Both the position numbers and the translations under genes were made by a program. Below, piece after piece: positions 59,459-64,000 of a stretch of 64,000 bases of DNA. The notes beneath the pieces are model-generated. The model searched no databases and had not been told where the DNA came from. It saw nothing but the letters and a program-made list of their open reading frames with translations. Source of the stretch: Octopus vulgaris (lineage: Eukaryota); contig OX597839.1 in the NCBI GenBank assembly GCA_951406725.2, forward strand, positions 4,960,001-5,024,000. Direction: 5' to 3'. Numbering within the stretch: position 1 is the stretch's first letter; each line of letters starts with the position of its first letter.

Positions 59459-59862
59459 CATCCTCATCATTATCATCGTCGTCGTCGTCGTCACCACCAC
59501 CATCATTATCATCATAATCATCATCCTCATCATCATCATCAGTAGTATTAATATTGCTACTCTGATATATATATTTTTTTTACTAATCCATCGCTTTGTT
59601 TCCTAATCTTTTCTTTTAATCTCTGCCAAACATTTACCCTGCCCCCACCCTATCACCATCACCAATACCACCACCACCACCACCACCACCCGCCACCAAC
59701 CATTACAACGTCTATATACTTTTCTTGTCTGGGTTGCCCTTAAAATGACAACACTTACCAATATAAACACGACGAGTATCCGCCATCTTCACCAACCAAA
59801 GATGACGTCAGCGTTAACAGCAACAAAAACAACAACTACTACTACTACTACTACTACTATTG

Positions 59863-59925
<63 letters not shown>

Positions 59926-59929
59926 TTGA

Positions 59930-59962
<33 letters not shown>

Positions 59963-60047
59963 GACTACTACAACTGCTGCTGCAACTACTACTACTGCTA
60001 CTACTACTATTATTACTACTACTACTACTACTACTACAGCTGCTGCA

Positions 60048-60103
<56 letters not shown>

Positions 60104-60606
60104 AGCTGCTACTACTACTTTTACTACTACTACTACTAGTAGTCGCAAGAACAGCATCACTAGCAGCCAATACCAAAACCAATACGAGCATTCCCACCAC
60201 CATCACGTTCTTCACTGGAATTGCATTATACAACAAGCAGTACTAGCATAATCACCAATACGCTACCATCCACAACTCATCATCACGCCCCCCACCACCA
60301 ACATCACCGCTATCACTACACTCATTTTTCGTTGCTTTCGCCACCACCATCGCCACCACTAACGCCACCACTAACGCCACCACCATCGCCACCACCACCA
60401 CCACCACCACCGTGATCATCATCATCGTCATCATCACCACCATTGTCATTACCATCACCGTCTTAGACGTGGTTGTCTCCTCCTCCACCTCCTCCATTTC
60501 ATCGCGATCATCATCATCTTCATCATCAGCATTATCATCATCGTCATCATCATCGTCATCGTCATCATCATCATCCTCATCATCATCATCATCATCATCA
60601 CCATCC

Positions 60607-60639
<33 letters not shown>

Positions 60640-60730
60640 CCATCCTCATCATCATCATCATCATCATCGTCATCGTCATCGTCGTCGTTGTCGTCGTCGT
60701 TGTTGTCGTCGTCGTCGTTGCTGTCCTCCT
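59420..60730. repeat. (CAT)n/(CTA)n/(CAC)n microsatellite fields
   Basis: Direct reading. Confidence 0.9.
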
Positions 60731-61121
60731 CCCTCTCTTCCGTCCTCCTCCCCCCACATATGAGGCTCCTCATTGCTGAGGTTCCATGAGGTTCCAAATT
60801 AGGAAGAACTTATTAGGAATGTTTATCTTTAAACTAACGTTTCTGATGCTGACGACGATCGGAATTCATATCATGACTGAATCGGCTTTGCTTTTCATTA
60901 TTTCTGTATCGATTAGAAAATGGCATTGAAAGAGCGTGGCCTTGATAGGGCGTTGCACTGACCATTGCGAGATCGTGGTTTCGAATTCCTGACCGGGTGA
61001 TGCATTTCGTTCTTGAGCATCATCACTTCACTTCTTTCTGATAAAGCCCACTCATCTATGGGTAACCCTGCGAGAAACTACCGTCTGGTTCTGGGGGAAA
61101 TGTTCGGTCACTCACTGTTAT

Positions 61122-61530
61122 TTATCATCATCATTGTTCGACCGTGGTCGAGACAATGGAATTTAATATGTTACACCAGACCTCACGGTCCATCATAGCC
61201 TTACTGAGGTCCTGTTGCTGGATGCCTGTATCCCTGGAGATTACATCGGGGTAGGAGTGTGTGCACCCTCTGGTATCGCGAGCAGATTGCTTCCAGAGGA
61301 TAAGAGTAGAAATTACCTCGTTTTCAGTTCTACAATAATGTCCAGCGAACTGGACTCTTCCACCTTTCTCAAGAGATGATACAGGTGGTAATTTTCCATA
61401 TATTTGTACTTTGGTTGGATGAAGCTTCCACAAGAGATTTTGAGCTCTCATAAGGAGGCGAGTGAAAGTTCCATCCAACCGCCTCTCAAGCTTCTTTGAT
61501 AGCGTCCAGGTTTCTGAACCATATAGTAGA
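61122..61530 (-). mobile_element. RTE/RTE-X-like LINE 3' end
   Basis: YGSETWTLSKKLERRLDGTFTRLLM..RVQFAGHYCR..AMMDREVW; (TGA)n tail. Confidence 0.85.
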
Positions 61531-62280
61531 ATTTATACGCCGCAGAAACCAGCATCCGGCTGTATGAGTACTAGGATGCGCGAGAGAACTTACTATCTAA
61601 AGAAAGGGCCATCAACTTCTCGACGAAATTTCATGGACAATATCCATCCTGACGTCTTGCAAACAACTTGCAAATGCAAGTGCTACCAGTCAAGAATTCC
61701 GCATACCGGAGACCAGCAAGTATATGCGTTCATCAGGAGAGAATTGCGCGCCATTTCTGGGCCTACCTCTCGACGGCATTAATGCGCACCGCCCCATCCC
61801 CTCACTGATATGTGGCCCCGCTTGCTAGATCAACTGGTTATCAAATAAAGCTCAATATTCTTCTAGGCATCGCTTATCGTCTCTTTTTAACCAAATCCAG
61901 TGGCTAGTCTTCCCACTGTAGTTTGGATATCGGACATGGTGGTATTGACTTTACGATGAGTTACGCCTAGCGATAACAACAGTCGCCTCACACTGTGTCC
62001 AACGAACCCTCTACATCCGACTTCGATTGGAAAATGTTCTGATTTCCAGCCTGCGTCTTCACATTCCTCGAGGAAGCTTACATAACGGCCAATCATTCGA
62101 GCCCGAGCGGCATCCATATTATCTTCATGAGCAACCGTCAACTCGACTAGATTTAGAACTTTCCTTCTTTCACACTACACCACAAAAAAATATCCGGTTT
62201 TTTCGTAACTGGGATGGGAAAAAATCCCTGGTACCCAGGTAAATCTACTGTCACCTCCCAATTGATGCACCGGTACCTAT
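61531..62280 (-). mobile_element. Hero/R2-group LINE 3' end with restriction-like endonuclease
   Basis: KPDI..VELTVAHEDNM..ECEDAGW..FPIEVGCRGFVGHS..WIWLKR with frameshifts, plus 3' UTR. Confidence 0.85.
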
Positions 62281-62824
62281 GTATGGAATTAAGATCTTTC
62301 CAAAACTTGTCATTTAGCAACGCTGTGTTCTATTCTTTATGTATATAGACTACAAAGCTAACATGTCCTAGCTTCAATTTGTTTTAAAGGGTTTAAGATT
62401 ACATGAGTTAGGGAACACAACGTTGATACTCTGAAAATTTGCTTCATCCGTAAAACTGGTATTTCTCATCCACTCATGCAATGGTTTAGTTGTTTCCACG
62501 AATTGTGTTTATCTTCCAGAGATCTGAGGAACTGGGCATACACACGAACTTGTTTAAGTTTGTTTCCTTATTGGATAATTGAATCTCATTCTTGGCTGCA
62601 GTTTATTAATCTCCACAACGGTCGTTTCTGGTGTTATGTAAATATGTACATTCACACACACACACATACACTCACCTGTATTTATATATATATGCATGTA
62701 TGTATGTATATATACATTTGTATATTTGTATATATATATATACAGATGTATATATTTGTATATATATATACAAATGTATATGTATATATATATCCGTGTG
62801 TATATCATACTCTATTATATATAT

Positions 62825-62881
<57 letters not shown>

Positions 62882-63399
62882 GAGTATGAAATATACACGG
62901 AGAGAAATCCAGCATTTGGATTTCTTACATGCTAAAAATGGCAGTCAAAGACTAAATCCACGAAAAAGCATTCTTACATTAAGGCACGTTGTTTGTACGC
63001 GAGCAAGACATTTGAGGGAAAATAAATTTCAGGTAACCTTATACCCATGAGTTTCACCATTAATGACCAAATAAATAAATTAATAAGTAAATTAATTGAT
63101 TGATTAGTCATCTATAGGTCGTCAGTTAGGTCGCTGTAAAATTTATAAATATGAGACTACACTATGAGACTACCGAAACATAAAGTAAACGCATGCGCAT
63201 TCAGTTCCATCTTTCGGCATGTATATTTCATACACTATTATATTTCAATAATAGTTACGACTTCTAACTCTTCTTACGCATGCTAACCACTGGTATAAAT
63301 TATTAAATATTTTTTACCCTTATATTAATAAAATTTTATATATATAAATATATATAATTATATATATATGATATATATAATTATAATCTACCAATTATA

Positions 63400-63628
63400 T
63401 ACGTTTTTATTTTTTTTTTTTTGGCAATTTACTTAATCATTGATATTTTATTGTTATTTTAATTTTAATACTTCTATTATATGTAATTTTCTAGATGTTG
63501 TAATTTCATTGTTCATTTTGAATTTTTTTTCTAACTTTTTAATATACATATATTATATTGTATGAAATTTGATTTAGTATTTCTAAATTGAATTTTTTCC
63601 CTGTAAGTTTGGATTTATATTCCCTCAA

Positions 63629-63630
<2 letters not shown>
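63400..63630 (+). mobile_element. Family C terminal fragment
   Basis: Reverse complement of 34165-34330. Confidence 0.6.
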
Positions 63631-63683
<53 letters not shown>

Positions 63684-63744
63684 TGATAATAATGATAATA
63701 ATAATAATAATAATAATAATAATATATATATATATATATATAGG

Positions 63745-63905
63745 AGTACATGTGGCTGGGTAATTGAAAATATTGCTTATTAACCACATGGCTCTGGGTT
63801 CAGTCCTACCTCGGCGAATCTTGTTCGCGCCTTCTACATAGCCCCGTGGTAACCTAAATACTTGTTGTATGGATTGAGTAGTCGAAAACTATGAGAAGTC
63901 CGTCG
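63745..63905 (+). mobile_element. Family K SINE head, diverged
   Basis: aaccacatggctctgggttcagtcc..gaagtccgtcg. Confidence 0.65.
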
Positions 63906-63916
63906 ACATTTTATGG

Positions 63917-64000
63917 GAAGGAGCTTGTCGATTACATCGAACACCAGTACATTACTGGTACATATTTCATCGACCACTGAAATAATGAAAGGCAAAGAAT
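63917..64000 (-). mobile_element. Family M SINE, cut by the window end
   Basis: gtcgattacatcg..ctggtac..atgaaaggcaaag. Confidence 0.65.

Overview
AT-rich, microsatellite-saturated eukaryotic intergenic or intronic DNA with no credible host exon; nearly all ORF-track entries are translations of (TA)n, (TAA)n, (CAT)n, (GATA)n or (TATG)n. The SINE repertoire and repeat style point to an octopus (cephalopod) genome, which is an inference. Unique islands are almost all mobile DNA: four tRNA-derived SINE families, fragments of R4/Dong, Hero, RTE and L1/Tx1-type LINEs, a non-autonomous Helitron and several fold-back elements. The main signal is about 20 type I hammerhead ribozyme (HHR) motifs, intact to degenerate. 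They sit in about 10 families of short non-coding elements inserted in (TA)n tracts, resembling Penelope-like element (PLE) pseudo-LTRs or retrozymes. Several families keep non-canonical cores fixed across copies (CCGANGA, CUGUNGA), and five insertions carry inverted duplications, mostly with the junction at or near the ribozyme. Everything was read by eye; coordinates are approximate and ribozyme activity is untested.
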